Shown: positions 47,301 to 58,203, numbered from the stretch's first letter. The stretch: DNA of 64,000 nt from Anaerolineae bacterium (GCA_038214535.1 JBBQRS010000003.1:16459-80458); one strand, 5' to 3'. Numbers and translations are program-made. The notes: generated by a model from the sequence alone, not told the origin.

Positions 47301-49127
47301 CTATTCGATGACCCACTTTTCGTATTGATCGTAGCCGGTGATCGAGACCAGGCTCCGCACGTTCGGGCGTACCAGCCGCGGGCTGCGATACCAGTAGAGC
47401 GGCGCAATGACTGCCTCATCCTCTATCAGGATCTTCTCGGCATCAGCGTAGAGCGCCATGCGCTTCACCGGGTCAGTTTCGAGGGCTGCTTGCTGCCAGA
47501 GCGCATCATAAGCGTCGCTTTGCCAGTCAACAACATCCGCATACCCACCGCCCTTGCCGAAGACGTCCGCCGTGAAGTTGTTGGCGTCAGGATAGTCTTG
47601 CACCCAACTGCCGCGGTAGATGTTCTCGTTGCCTTCCCGACGTTGCGTCAGGTAGACTTTCCACTCCTGGTTGGACAGTTTGGCGTCGATCCCCAGGACG
47701 TCTTTCCACATCCCTTGAATCGCCTCGGCGCGTTGCTGATGTGACTCGGAGGTGTTGAACATCAGCGTTACCTGGACCTGATCCGCTGTGATGCCCTTCT
47801 CCGTCAGATATTCATCCAGAAGGGCTTTTGCCCCTTCGGGGTCATACTTGACGCCCAGATCGGGGTAACTTTCTTCCTGCGGTGAACCCGCAGCACCGGG
47901 ATGTGAGAACCACTGCGCCGGCAGGCCGCTGCCCTTGTTGACGTTATCTACCAGCGATTTGCGATCAATCGCCATGGACAGCGCCTTGCGCACGCGTGCG
48001 TCATCCGTGGGGGCTTTCTGCGTATTGAAGGCGTAGAACTCGGTACCGATGGTGTACGTGAAGTCCACCATATCCTTATACTCCGGATCGGTGGTCATGC
48101 GGTCCATGTCGCCTGAGGGAATGCCGGACACATCCAGATTTCCCGCTTCGAACTCCGCCAGCCCCGGGCTGGCGTCCAACATCACCCAGCGAAGTTCATC
48201 AATTGTGGCCTGCGGCGCGGATTCGATCCCGGGCCAGAACGGATTCTTAATCAGCGAGATGCTGTCGTCGTGGATCCATTCCTTCAGGGTGTAAGGCCCG
48301 TAGCCCTGGTAGAAGCCTTGCTCGGTCCAGCGCTCGCCGCGCGCATCGGTGCAGTCATCGCCATCAATCAGCCAGCTCGGTTGCGCGTGCGCCACCCACA
48401 GGCCCAGGATGTTCAGGTTGTAAATCGCGGGCGAGGTGACTTGGATTTCCAGCGTCCTGGGGTCAATCGCTCTGACGCCGACTTTTGCGGTATCGGTCAC
48501 TGTACCATCGTTAAAATCGGCTGCGCCGACGATGACGGGATTCAAGACATAGGCATAGTCGGAGGCCGTCAGCGGGTCGAGGGTGCGCAGGATGCCGTAG
48601 ACGAAATCGTCGGCTGTGACCATGCGATCGTTGCCGTCGCAATCCTGAACTTTCACCACCTGTCCCGACGCGGCGTCGTATTTGACCCAGGGAACACCCT
48701 CAAGGATAGTGAACGTGTAGGTCAGGCCGTCGTCTGAGACGCTATATTCGGCGGCCATGCCTTTTTCGAGCTGGGCCGTCTCTGCGTTTTGCCGCGTGAG
48801 CCCGACGGTCGCTTCTTCAATAATTTGAACGCTGGCAGCTGCTACGGCCAGCGCCGTGTCAATCGTGGGGATGTCGCCGGGGCCCATGTTCATGCGCAGA
48901 GTCTGGACGCCGGAAGTCGCAGCCACAGGTACAGGCGTAACTTCCACGATCTTTTCGACTTCTTTCTGCACTTCGACGACCTGGGTCTGAACGACTTCAA
49001 CCTGCTTCTCGACGACCTGGGTCACGACCTTTTCGACGACCTGCGGAGCAGGCGCCGCGCAGCCGGATACGATCAGGGCTGCGAGCAACAACACGGAACC
49101 GAACTGCAAGAGTCTGTGATGTTTCAT
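47301..49127 (-). CDS. ABC transporter substrate-binding lipoprotein, family 5, paralog 2
   Basis: MKHHRLLQFGSVLLLAALIVSGCAAP lipoprotein signal, repetitive VVEK/VVQTQVVEVQKEVEKIVEVT linker, OppA-like body; start at internal ATG 49127. Confidence 0.8.
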   Translation of the reverse strand: MKHHRLLQFGSVLLLAALIVSGCAAPAPQVVEKVVTQVVEKQVEVVQTQVVEVQKEVEKIVEVTPVPVAATSGVQTLRMNMGPGDIPTIDTALAVAAASVQIIEEATVGLTRQNAETAQLEKGMAAEYSVSDDGLTYTFTILEGVPWVKYDAASGQVVKVQDCDGNDRMVTADDFVYGILRTLDPLTASDYAYVLNPVIVGAADFNDGTVTDTAKVGVRAIDPRTLEIQVTSPAIYNLNILGLWVAHAQPSWLIDGDDCTDARGERWTEQGFYQGYGPYTLKEWIHDDSISLIKNPFWPGIESAPQATIDELRWVMLDASPGLAEFEAGNLDVSGIPSGDMDRMTTDPEYKDMVDFTYTIGTEFYAFNTQKAPTDDARVRKALSMAIDRKSLVDNVNKGSGLPAQWFSHPGAAGSPQEESYPDLGVKYDPEGAKALLDEYLTEKGITADQVQVTLMFNTSESHQQRAEAIQGMWKDVLGIDAKLSNQEWKVYLTQRREGNENIYRGSWVQDYPDANNFTADVFGKGGGYADVVDWQSDAYDALWQQAALETDPVKRMALYADAEKILIEDEAVIAPLYWYRSPRLVRPNVRSLVSITGYDQYEKWVIE

Positions 49128-49280
49128 CGTTTCTCCTTCTCCTTTATGTGAAATAGTTGGCTGACGGTTGATATGACAACTGCCTGATGGTCGCAATCGC
49201 ACTTACCGACAGGCAGTCGGCAGAGGTTTGGCTTGCATCCACCAGGCAGTCATCTTTGGGCCTTATGGAGGGGGTATGGC

Positions 49281-50300
49281 TTACTGCGTGCCGCGCATCC
49301 GCGGGTCGAGTGCGTCGCGCAAGCCATCGCCCAGGAAGTTGAACGCGAACATGGTGATCGCCAGCGCCAGGGCCGGGAAGACTGTTTGATTCGGATACGT
49401 GCGCACCACGCGCGAGCCGTCCGAGATCATCGAACCCCAGGAAGGCGTGGGCGGGTTGACGCCCAGACCGATGAAGGACAGGAATGCCTCCGTGGTGATG
49501 TATGCCGGAATGGCGAGCGTTTCAGCGACGATCAGGGGGCCGAGGATGTTGGGCAGGATGTGCTTGAACATGATGCGCACATGGCCCGCGCCGATGGTGC
49601 GCGCCGCCTCGATGTACTCTTTCTGGCGCACCGACAACACCTGCCCACGGGTCAACCGGGCCATCGTCTCCCACGCCGTCAAGCCAATGCCGACAAAGAT
49701 AAACAACAGACCGCCCATCTTCGCGTCTATGGCGTTGACTTGATACAAGAATGTGCCTGGGTCCGGTTTCGAGCCGCGAAAGAAGGCCATCAACAGGATG
49801 ATGAATAGCAGGCTGGGGAAACCGTAGAGCACATCTACGATACGCATCATGATGTTATCAACGCGTCCCCCGGCATACCCCGAAATGCTGCCGAATACCA
49901 CCCCGATCATCAAGCTGAGGAGCGGGCCGATCAGCGCGACGGTCAGCGAGACGCGCGCACCATAGACAATGCGACTGTAAAGGTCACGCCCCACGTAATC
50001 TGCGCCCAACGGGTACGCGTTGCTGATCTTGGCGTAGCCTTGCATGCTGGGGAAAACGGTCAGCATCCACTGTGGGACCTTGTTGTTATCTACTAGCGTC
50101 TGATCGGCATACGGCTTGAGTGCGAAGACGGGAGCAAAAATCGCCATCGTCGCGAGGATCGCGATGGTGATCAGGCCCAGGACGGCCGCTTTGTTCTTGA
50201 AAAGACGCCGGATGGCATCCCGCCAGAGGCTTTCACTTTTACGCGTCGGTGAGAGACCTCCCGCAATTGTTGTGGTCGCTGCTTGTGATTCAACCGCCAC
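49281..50300 (-). CDS. peptide ABC transporter permease, OppC/DppC-like
   Basis: N-terminal OppC_N-like region, ADYVGRDLYSRIVYGARVSL motif, EAA region. Confidence 0.85.
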   Translation of the reverse strand: MAVESQAATTTIAGGLSPTRKSESLWRDAIRRLFKNKAAVLGLITIAILATMAIFAPVFALKPYADQTLVDNNKVPQWMLTVFPSMQGYAKISNAYPLGADYVGRDLYSRIVYGARVSLTVALIGPLLSLMIGVVFGSISGYAGGRVDNIMMRIVDVLYGFPSLLFIILLMAFFRGSKPDPGTFLYQVNAIDAKMGGLLFIFVGIGLTAWETMARLTRGQVLSVRQKEYIEAARTIGAGHVRIMFKHILPNILGPLIVAETLAIPAYITTEAFLSFIGLGVNPPTPSWGSMISDGSRVVRTYPNQTVFPALALAITMFAFNFLGDGLRDALDPRMRGTQ

Positions 50301-50315
50301 AGTGGCCTCCTGAGG

Positions 50316-51374
50316 TTAAGTATACCTGATCCGAGGATCGAGGAATGCGTACATGATATCCACCACCAGGTTCGCAAGCACCAGAAACACCGCGAAGAGC
50401 AGGATGGTTCCCATGATGACCGGATAGTCGCGATTGGTGATGCTGGTGACGAAGTACTTGCCCATGCCCGGAATGCCGAAAATCTGCTCGGTAACGAACG
50501 TGCCGGTGAGCAGGGCGGCAAACATCGGCCCCAGGATCGTGATGACGGGGATCATGGAGTTGCGCATGGCGTGTCGGGTGATGACTTTGTTCTCTTTAAG
50601 GCCCTTCGCCCGCGCCGTGCGGATATAGTCTTCGCGGGTCACCTGCAGAAGGCTGGCGCGGGTGAGGCGGGCGATGATGGCGGAGCTGGCCAGCCCTAGA
50701 GCGATCGCCGGCATGATGGCATGTTGGAAGAACGGGATATAGGGCGGGCGCGGGAAGACGCCCAGGATGAACGGCGGTTTGGCTCCCCAACCTGTCGGTG
50801 GCAGCCACTTCAGAGACACGCCGAAGATCCACACCATAATTGGCCCCAGCACGATCACCGGCACGGAGACGCCGAAAATCGCGACGCTCATGCCCAGATA
50901 ATCCCATACGGTGTTCTGGCGCAACGCCGAAAGGATGCCCAGCGGCAGGCCGATCAGTAAAGCCACGGCAAGCGCCAGGCTGCCAAGCTGGATCGAAATG
51001 GGCAATTGCTGCTTGAAAATATCGTTGACGGTGCGGCTACGCGAGGCGTATGAGGGGCCAAAGTTCATCCACTTCAGCCAGCGGCCTTCGCCGACGGGGA
51101 TATTGAAAAGAAAATCGTCGCGCAGCGAAGTGCCCGGCGGGACGCTGGATATACGCGGGATCAGAATGTCGTAGACATAGCGCCCATACTGCATGGGGAG
51201 GGGTTCATCAAGATGATACCGCTCTTCGAGGTTCTTCTTGATTTCTTCCGGCACCGGTTTTTCTTTATCAAACGGGCCGCCGGGAACTGCGTGCATCAAC
51301 CCAAACGTGATCATGGAAATCACCATGATCACCAGGAGGTTCCACAGCATACGGCGAATCATGTAATTGACCAT
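50316..51374 (-). CDS. peptide ABC transporter permease, OppB/DppB-like
   Basis: MVNYMIRRMLWNLLVIMVISMITF N-terminus, long first periplasmic loop, EAA motif ARAKGLKENKVITRHAMRN, C-terminal FLDPRIRYT. Confidence 0.85.
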   Translation of the reverse strand: MVNYMIRRMLWNLLVIMVISMITFGLMHAVPGGPFDKEKPVPEEIKKNLEERYHLDEPLPMQYGRYVYDILIPRISSVPPGTSLRDDFLFNIPVGEGRWLKWMNFGPSYASRSRTVNDIFKQQLPISIQLGSLALAVALLIGLPLGILSALRQNTVWDYLGMSVAIFGVSVPVIVLGPIMVWIFGVSLKWLPPTGWGAKPPFILGVFPRPPYIPFFQHAIMPAIALGLASSAIIARLTRASLLQVTREDYIRTARAKGLKENKVITRHAMRNSMIPVITILGPMFAALLTGTFVTEQIFGIPGMGKYFVTSITNRDYPVIMGTILLFAVFLVLANLVVDIMYAFLDPRIRYT

Positions 51375-51528
51375 TCTGAAAATCCTGTTTGAATCGGTTC
51401 AGACTCGGCGTGGCAAATGCCTGGCCAATCTGAAGGTTTTAGAATCTCGGACGGCTTTATTATTGTGAAGCCGTCCGAAATTGGAGTAACCTGGGGAGAA
51501 GGCTCTCCCCAGGTTCACAGTCGCTAGA

Positions 51529-53367
51529 CTACTTGATGTCCCACTTGTTGTACGCTTGCTTGCCGCCGAGGACGGAGAAGGTCCGCTCGATGTTCGGCTT
51601 GGTCACGGCAACAGAGGTGTACCAGTAGATCGGGGCGATCACGGCATCGGTCTTGACGAACAGTTCTTCTGCGTCGGCGTACATTTGCACGCGCTTCGCC
51701 GGGTCCTGCTCGCGGGCCGCAGCCACGACCATCTCTTCGAAGGTCGGGTTGTCATAGTTCACGCCGCCGCCTTCCGCCGTGTTGGCCGAACCGCCCTTGA
51801 CGAAGACCTCACGAATGAAGTTGTTCGCGTCGGGGTAGTCCTGGCACCAGCCGAGGCGGTAGATCTGCGGTGTGTTCTCGGGGTCGCGGATGGTCTTCAG
51901 GTAGACTTGCCATTCCTGGCTGGTTATTTTGACATCCAGGTTCAGGTTGTCTTTCCACATCTGCTGAATCGCTTCCGCGATCTGCTGATGGCCCGAAGAG
52001 GTGTTGAACATCAGGGTGATGTCCAGTTGGTCAAGCGTCAGGCCCTTCTCGTCCAGGTAGGACTGAAGGTCGGCCTTGGCGGCCTCAGGATCGAACTTGA
52101 CGCCCAGGTCGGGGAAGTCGGCGATGGTCGGCGCGCCGGCCAGGCCGGGGCGAGAGAACCACTGCGCGGGTTCCTGGTCGCCCTTCAGGACGTTGTCAAT
52201 CAGGCTCTGGCGGTCAATGGACTGCGAGAGCGCACGGCGCACGCGGGCGTCGTCCACAAACTTGGCTTTGTTGTTGAAGCCGTAGTAGTAAGTGCAGAGG
52301 TTGGGGGAGATGTTCAACTCGGCCGACAGGGTCGGGTCTGCCTTGACGCGCTCGAGGTCCTGGCTTGGCACCGCGGCAACATCCAGGTTGCCCGCTTCGT
52401 ACTCGGCGAAGGCCGGCACGTCGTCCAACATGCTCCAGGTGAGTTGGTCAATCTTGGCTTCCGGCACGGCATCGGTGCCGACGAAGAACGGATTCTTGAC
52501 GAGCGTGATGCTGGCGTCATGGATCCATTCTTTCAGGGTGTATGGGCCGTAGCCCTGGAAGAAACCGGTCTCGGTCCAGCGTTCGCCGCGGGCGTCAGTG
52601 CAGTCGTCGCCCTCGATGATCCACTTGGGTTGCGCGTTCGCGACCCACAGGCCGATGATGTTCGCGTTGAAGGCGGCCGGTTCCTTGAAGGTGACTTCAA
52701 GGGTCGTGGGGTCAATGGCCTTGACGCCGACGGTCGCCGTATCGGTCACGGCGCCGGTGTTGAACTCTTCCGCGCCCTTAACCACGAATGACAGCACGTA
52801 CGCGTAGTCAGAGGCCGTCGCGGGGTTGAGGGTGCGCAGGATGCCATATTCGAAATCTTGCGCGGTGACCATGCGGTCATTGCCGTCGCAGTCCATGACC
52901 TTCTCAACGGAGTCGGTCGTGGAGTTGTACTTCACCCACGGCACGTCGTCGCGCAGGTGGAAGGTGTAGACCGTACCATCATCCGAGATGTCCCAGGTTT
53001 TTGCAATCCCGGGCTTGATTTCGGTGGTGACTTCGTCCTGGAACGTCACACCGCCCATCGTCATGGCGACGATCTGCGTGGATGACGTGTCGGTGGACAA
53101 CGCCGGGTCAATCGTGGGGATGTCGCCGGGGCCCATGTTCAGGTACAAGGTCTTCGGGCCAACGGGCGGCACCGCGGTGACCTCAACGATTTTCTCGACT
53201 TCCTTCTGAACTTCGACGACCTGGGTCTGAACGACCTGTACTTCCTTCTCTACAACCTGAGTCACGATCTTCTCAACGGTCTGCGCGGCCGGGGCAGCAC
53301 AGGCGGTGACGATCATGCTGGCAATCATCAGCAGACTCAGGAAGCTGAACAAGCGCTTCGCGGGCAT
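51529..53367 (-). CDS. ABC transporter substrate-binding lipoprotein, family 5, paralog 1
   Basis: MPAKRLFSFLSLLMIASMIVTACAAP lipoprotein signal, same repetitive linker as paralog 2, OppA-like body; ATG 53367 preceded by GGAGG RBS. Confidence 0.8.
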   Translation of the reverse strand: MPAKRLFSFLSLLMIASMIVTACAAPAAQTVEKIVTQVVEKEVQVVQTQVVEVQKEVEKIVEVTAVPPVGPKTLYLNMGPGDIPTIDPALSTDTSSTQIVAMTMGGVTFQDEVTTEIKPGIAKTWDISDDGTVYTFHLRDDVPWVKYNSTTDSVEKVMDCDGNDRMVTAQDFEYGILRTLNPATASDYAYVLSFVVKGAEEFNTGAVTDTATVGVKAIDPTTLEVTFKEPAAFNANIIGLWVANAQPKWIIEGDDCTDARGERWTETGFFQGYGPYTLKEWIHDASITLVKNPFFVGTDAVPEAKIDQLTWSMLDDVPAFAEYEAGNLDVAAVPSQDLERVKADPTLSAELNISPNLCTYYYGFNNKAKFVDDARVRRALSQSIDRQSLIDNVLKGDQEPAQWFSRPGLAGAPTIADFPDLGVKFDPEAAKADLQSYLDEKGLTLDQLDITLMFNTSSGHQQIAEAIQQMWKDNLNLDVKITSQEWQVYLKTIRDPENTPQIYRLGWCQDYPDANNFIREVFVKGGSANTAEGGGVNYDNPTFEEMVVAAAREQDPAKRVQMYADAEELFVKTDAVIAPIYWYTSVAVTKPNIERTFSVLGGKQAYNKWDIK

Positions 53368-53555
53368 TTTTCTCCTCCTAAAGAGAGAATGTAGGATGGT
53401 TTTCGTTTGCCGGCAGGCTGCCCATACCCCGTGGGGCGGGCGATGGCCGACGCTGACGGGTGAGCGTTGGTTAGAACTTAGCGATTCGGAACACCACCTC
53501 CTCTCCAAAAGCGCCGGCCTGTCTCAGGCCAAATGGTGTTCGTTGCCTGACGCAG

Positions 53556-54593
53556 TTATTCCTGCGGGTACAACCAGCAGGCCACAAAATGTCCCTCGCC
53601 ATAATCCCGGAACGCAGGCTCCCGGTCGTGGCAGACGTCCATAACTTTGGGGCAACGCGTGCTGAAGTTGCACCCCAAGGGTGGATTCACCGGTGAGGGC
53701 ACGTCCCCTTCCAGGATGATGCGTTGGCGCTTTTCCTCAATCACCGGATCCGGGATCGGCACGGCAGAGAGCAACGCTTGCGTGTACGGGTGCATCGGGT
53801 TGCGATACAACTCTTCCCGATCGGCCAATTCCATGATCTTGCCCAGATACATCACGGCGATCCGATCCGAGATGTGACGTACCACCGACAGATCATGGGC
53901 GATGAAGAGATAGGTCAACCCCAGTTGGTCTTGCAAGTCTTCCAACAGGTTGATGACCTGCGCCTGAATGGAGACATCCAGGGCGGAAATCGGCTCGTCG
54001 CACACGATGAAGGACGGATTGACGGCGAGGGCGCGCGCCACGCCAATACGCTGGCGTTGGCCGCCCGAGAACTCGTGCGGGTAGCGGTTAATGAAATAGG
54101 GGTTCAGGCCGACAACCGCCAACAACTCGCGCACACGTTCCAGGCGCTCCGCCTTGGTGCCGATATTATGGACTTCCAGCGGCTCGCCGACGATGTTGCC
54201 CACCGTCATGCGCGGGTTCAGCGACGCATAGGGATCCTGGAAGATCATTTGCATCTCGCGGCGCATGGCGCGCATCTCATCGCTCTTGAGCTTGGTTAAG
54301 TCTGTGCCGTTGTAAATAACCTCGCCGTCCGTGGGCTTATAGAGCTGTAAGATCGCCCGCCCGGTGGTGGATTTGCCACAACCCGATTCGCCCACCAGGC
54401 CGAGCGTTTCGCCCTTGATGATATCAAATGAAATGCCGTCCACGGCCTTCACGTCACCGACGCGACGCTGTAGCAGGCCCCGGTTAATGGGGAACCACAT
54501 GCGCAGATCCTTGACTTGCAGGATCTTGTCGCGGCCGTTCTGTGGCCCGTGAGGGTCCGTATCCGTAACTGTAAGGGCTGGAGTTGAAGTCAC
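53556..54593 (-). CDS. peptide ABC transporter ATP-binding protein (OppF/DppF-like)
   Basis: Walker [10 protein letters not shown], signature [14 protein letters not shown], Walker [14 protein letters not shown]-terminal oligopeptide-transporter extension. Confidence 0.85.
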   Translation of the reverse strand: MTSTPALTVTDTDPHGPQNGRDKILQVKDLRMWFPINRGLLQRRVGDVKAVDGISFDIIKGETLGLVGESGCGKSTTGRAILQLYKPTDGEVIYNGTDLTKLKSDEMRAMRREMQMIFQDPYASLNPRMTVGNIVGEPLEVHNIGTKAERLERVRELLAVVGLNPYFINRYPHEFSGGQRQRIGVARALAVNPSFIVCDEPISALDVSIQAQVINLLEDLQDQLGLTYLFIAHDLSVVRHISDRIAVMYLGKIMELADREELYRNPMHPYTQALLSAVPIPDPVIEEKRQRIILEGDVPSPVNPPLGCNFSTRCPKVMDVCHDREPAFRDYGEGHFVACWLYPQE

Positions 54594-55597
54594 GCTGTTA
54601 TACCTTGTGTTGCCGTTCTCACATCCACCCAGCAGGCCACTTTGTGGCCCGGTGAAACCGGTTCGAGAGCCGGGTTTTCGGTAGCGCAGTGTTCAATCCG
54701 ATAATGGCAACGCGCATAAAATGGGCAACCCACAGGAAGATCAATCAAATCAGGCGGGAGCCCTTCGATGGATGTCAGGCGATGACCGCGTTCTGCATCG
54801 AGGCGCGGGAGAGAACCCAACAGGCCGATGGTATAGGGATGACGCGGATTGGCATACAGGTCTTTGACCGGCGCTTCTTCCACAATAAAACCGGCGTACA
54901 TCACGATGACCCGGTCCGCCAATCCGGCGACGACGCCCAGATCATGCGTAATCCAGATGATCGCCATGCCGATTTCATCGCGCAGCCGGTTCACCAGGTC
55001 GGTGATCTGAGCCTGAATGGTCACATCCAGCGCGGTGGTTGGTTCATCGGCGATGAGCAATTGCGGGTTGCAACTCAGACCCATCGCGATCATCACGCGT
55101 TGGCGCATACCGCCGGAAAACTGATGTGGATAATCGTCGAGGCGGTCAGCCGCATGGGGAATGCCGACCAGCTCCAGAAGCTCGGCGGTGCGCTGCCGCG
55201 CCGCCTCTTTATTCATCCCCATATGCAGCATCAAGGCTTCAGAAATCTGATAGCCGATGGTCAGAACCGGGTTGAGGGAAGTCATCGGATCCTGGAAGAT
55301 CATCGCGATCCGATTCCCGCGCACCTGACGCATTTCCTCGTCCGGCATCGTGATGAGGTTTTTGCGGGCTTCCCCGGCCCCAAACCACACCTCTCCGCCG
55401 GTAATCTTGCCGGGCGGCTGAGGAATGAGGCGCAGAAGTGACATGACGCTGACACTTTTGCCGCAACCGCTTTCCCCAACGATGGCAAGGGTCTCGCCCT
55501 CGTCAACGGTATAGGAAATCCCGTTAACCGCGTGGACAACGCCGTCCTGGGTGAAGAAGCGCGTCTCCAACCCCTTCACCTCGAGCAATCTACTCAT
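54590..55597 (-). CDS. peptide ABC transporter ATP-binding protein (OppD/DppD-like)
   Basis: Walker [11 protein letters not shown], signature [14 protein letters not shown], Walker [13 protein letters not shown]; start placed at internal [10 protein letters not shown] preceded by GGAGGGGAAG RBS (the ORF could extend to 55654). Confidence 0.8.
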   Translation of the reverse strand: MSRLLEVKGLETRFFTQDGVVHAVNGISYTVDEGETLAIVGESGCGKSVSVMSLLRLIPQPPGKITGGEVWFGAGEARKNLITMPDEEMRQVRGNRIAMIFQDPMTSLNPVLTIGYQISEALMLHMGMNKEAARQRTAELLELVGIPHAADRLDDYPHQFSGGMRQRVMIAMGLSCNPQLLIADEPTTALDVTIQAQITDLVNRLRDEIGMAIIWITHDLGVVAGLADRVIVMYAGFIVEEAPVKDLYANPRHPYTIGLLGSLPRLDAERGHRLTSIEGLPPDLIDLPVGCPFYARCHYRIEHCATENPALEPVSPGHKVACWVDVRTATQGITA

Positions 55598-55705
55598 CCA
55601 CTTCCCCTCCGGCCCGGATAAACTGAATATGGTAGGCAAGCCCGATGATAACATACGCGAAAAATCGTGTCAAATCATCTTTGAATTTAAGCCCACAAAT
55701 AGAGA

Positions 55706-55744
55706 CCGGGAGGCAATCCAATGACTTTCTGGATTGCCTCCCGG
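55706..55744. terminator. hairpin terminator downstream of the minus-strand DUF4397 gene
   Basis: ccgggaggcaatcca-atgactttc-tggattgcctcccgg 15-bp stem just past the gene stop at 55784. Confidence 0.55.
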
Positions 55745-55783
55745 CTCACTTGCCTTGCGGGAGATATTGGGGCGGAAATCTGC

Positions 55784-56590
55784 TTACTGGCGCTGTTCGT
55801 TACGCGCCGCTGCGGTTTGCTTTTGCGACGCGACCACCAGGAGCGTGGAGCCGCCGAGCAACACCGCTGCGATCATCAGCCAGTTGGGGCCGCCGCCCGT
55901 CGTGGGCAGGGTCGTCGGGGCTGCGGTGTGCTGCGCGTCGGTAGTAAGGACTGCCGTCAACGCCGGTTCGCCGGCAGCCAGGCCCATGGCCCACGCTGTG
56001 TAAACCGTACCCGCATCCAATTTCACACCCGGCAAGGGCAGCACGACGGTGTCCGTGCCGGCCACACGCACCTCAAGATCGTAAGTTCCCGCATCCACCG
56101 GCGTATAGTCACCGACGCCCTTGAAGGGGACATTGCTGAAGAGGACCGGGCCGCCCGTCACGGCAATATCAACGGCGGGGGCATCGGGTGACGCATGCAC
56201 AAATCGCACATGCGCTTTGCCTGCTGCGGGGGCCGCGTTGTTGTCCTCAAGCACCAGCGGCTCGATGTTGGCCAACTTACCGACAGCCACGACGGAATAA
56301 TCTTTGTCGGCGGCCAGGGTCAACGTAGCATCAATCACGGCGGGTTCGGTCTGACCCGCGGGCACGACCTGCACCTTATGGTCGCCCGCGCTCAAGGGGG
56401 CATAGGTGGTCGCGGCTTTGAATGACGCATCCGAGAAGGCTTTCGCCCCGTCAACCCACACATCTACGGCCGGTGCGTCGGGGGATGCATGGATGACTCG
56501 CACTCGCGGCCCGGCGGCGAAAGCTGTGACCGAAGTGGTGAGCAGGGCCACGAGGGCCCCGACAACGACGAAACTGCGAAGGGTACGCAT
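55784..56590 (-). CDS. secreted DUF4397-repeat protein with C-terminal LPXTG sortase cell-wall anchor
   Basis: N-terminal signal peptide; two repeats VIHASPDAPAVDVWVDG / VHASPDAPAVDIAV; C-terminal LPTTGGG + hydrophobic helix + basic tail (KQTAAARNEQRQ). Confidence 0.65.
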   Translation of the reverse strand: MRTLRSFVVVGALVALLTTSVTAFAAGPRVRVIHASPDAPAVDVWVDGAKAFSDASFKAATTYAPLSAGDHKVQVVPAGQTEPAVIDATLTLAADKDYSVVAVGKLANIEPLVLEDNNAAPAAGKAHVRFVHASPDAPAVDIAVTGGPVLFSNVPFKGVGDYTPVDAGTYDLEVRVAGTDTVVLPLPGVKLDAGTVYTAWAMGLAAGEPALTAVLTTDAQHTAAPTTLPTTGGGPNWLMIAAVLLGGSTLLVVASQKQTAAARNEQRQ

Positions 56591-56803
56591 TTTTCTGCTC
56601 CTGATTTGAGATTGCGCCGCACGATGTGCCCGACGCTTGATGGTCTAAGTATAAGCTATGTATAAAGTTGGCATAGTCTTCTTCATTACAATTCGGGTCA
56701 CATCGTGCAAAGCGCTTGATCTGAGGGTTTTTGCGCCGTCGCGCCCTGTGCTACAATTCAGGCTGTAACACGTGGTAAAACCAAGGACCTATCCGAAGAC
56801 TCC

Positions 56804-56857
56804 GTAGTCTGGCCCCTGGTGGGCGTTCGCGACGGGCACGGGGCCCTACAGTACGAA
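56804..56857. repeat. conserved ~55-nt non-palindromic intergenic motif, copy B (upstream of the AcnX-like gene)
   Basis: gtagtctggcccctggtgggcgttcgcgacgggcacggggccctacagtacgaa; ~80% identical to 20800-20854, same orientation. Confidence 0.45.
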
Positions 56858-56898
56858 TGTTCGGATAGACTCCAAACCGGTGGAATGATCGAGAGCGC

Positions 56899-58203
56899 AT
56901 GACCGAGTTAATCCTCACTGAGCAAGAGCAAGCAATGTTGGCGGGGGCGGAAGGCCCCGGCGTGCGGCGCGCCATGGAGATCGTCACGGCGCTGGCGCGC
57001 ATCTATGGCGCCGCCGACCTGGTACCGATCCGCCACGCGCAAATCGCCGGGGTGTCATATAAGAACCTGGGCGACGCCGGCGTCGCCTTCTTAAGCGAAT
57101 GGGCGGACGAAGGCGCGAAGGTGCGTGTGCCCACGACGCTCAACCCGATGGGGATGGAACGCGACCGATGGCAGGAGTGGGGCATCCATGAGAATTTCGC
57201 GGCGCCGCAGTTGAGCGTCATCGGGGCTTTCACGAAGATGGGCGTCACGCCGACCATGAGCTGCACGCCCTATCTCTTTCCCGACTACACGCCGCAGCGC
57301 GGCGATACGCTGGCATGGGCCGAATCGAGCGCCGTAGCATTTGCGAATTCGGTCATCGGGGCGCGCACCAATCGCGAGGGCGGCCCCAGCGCCATTGCAG
57401 CCGCGATTGTGGGGCGCACGGCGCGCTATGGCTTTCATCTCGACGAGAACCGGCGCGCCGGTCACATCATCGAAGTGCGTTGCCCGGTGCGCTCGGTGGC
57501 CGATTTCGGCGCGTTGAGCTACGTTGTGGGCAAGGCTGTTGGCAACGGCGTGCCCTGGTTCGCCGACCTGGCCGCGTGGCTGCCGTCTCTGCTCGCCGAC
57601 ATCACGCTGGGCGGGCTGGCGGGCGATCGCCTGAAGACGCTGGGCGCGGGGCTGGCGGCTTATGGCGCAGTCGCCGTCTATCATATCGCCGGTTATACGC
57701 CCGAGGCGCGAGGCGCCGGGGAAGCGTTGATTCGGCCGGATGCGGCGCGCCTGACGATTGATAACCTGGACGAAGCATATCGTGTGATGGACGCCGACCC
57801 CGACCTGCGACAGATTGACCTGGTGACCGTGGGCTGTCCGCACGCCAGCCTGACGGAGATCGCGCAGGTGGCCGAATATCTGCGCGGCAAACGGCTGGCG
57901 ACGCGTTTGTGGGTCACGACCGCGGCGATTACCCGCGCGCGAGCCGTCGAATTCGGCTACGTGGCGACCATCGAGGCTGCGGGCGGCGAGGTGGTCGCGG
58001 ATACGTGCGCCGTCGTCGCGCCCATGCGCATGTTGAACGTGCGCACCATGGCAACCAACGCCGGCAAGATGGCGTGCTACGCGCCGATGCACAGCGGGGT
58101 TAAGATGCGTTTCGGCGATCTCGAAGCGTGTCTGGATGCCGCGGTGAGCGGCGAGTGGCGACAATCAACCCTTAGAGGAGAGGATGTCGCGTCCGATGAA
58201 TGA
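56899..58203 (+). CDS. aconitase X (AcnX, DUF521) catalytic-domain-like protein
   Basis: Recalled AcnX-like motifs [14 protein letters not shown]...[18 protein letters not shown]...[22 protein letters not shown]...[27 protein letters not shown]; 434 aa; no separate swivel-domain small subunit seen. Confidence 0.45.
   Translation: MTELILTEQEQAMLAGAEGPGVRRAMEIVTALARIYGAADLVPIRHAQIAGVSYKNLGDAGVAFLSEWADEGAKVRVPTTLNPMGMERDRWQEWGIHENFAAPQLSVIGAFTKMGVTPTMSCTPYLFPDYTPQRGDTLAWAESSAVAFANSVIGARTNREGGPSAIAAAIVGRTARYGFHLDENRRAGHIIEVRCPVRSVADFGALSYVVGKAVGNGVPWFADLAAWLPSLLADITLGGLAGDRLKTLGAGLAAYGAVAVYHIAGYTPEARGAGEALIRPDAARLTIDNLDEAYRVMDADPDLRQIDLVTVGCPHASLTEIAQVAEYLRGKRLATRLWVTTAAITRARAVEFGYVATIEAAGGEVVADTCAVVAPMRMLNVRTMATNAGKMACYAPMHSGVKMRFGDLEACLDAAVSGEWRQSTLRGEDVASDE

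Noticed and set aside
56700-56898. Possible cobalamin riboswitch upstream of the AcnX-like/B12-subunit/meaB operon
   Set aside because: No B12-box (GCCACTG-like) or conserved cobalamin-riboswitch core was seen. The conserved element there instead matches the 20800-20854 motif.
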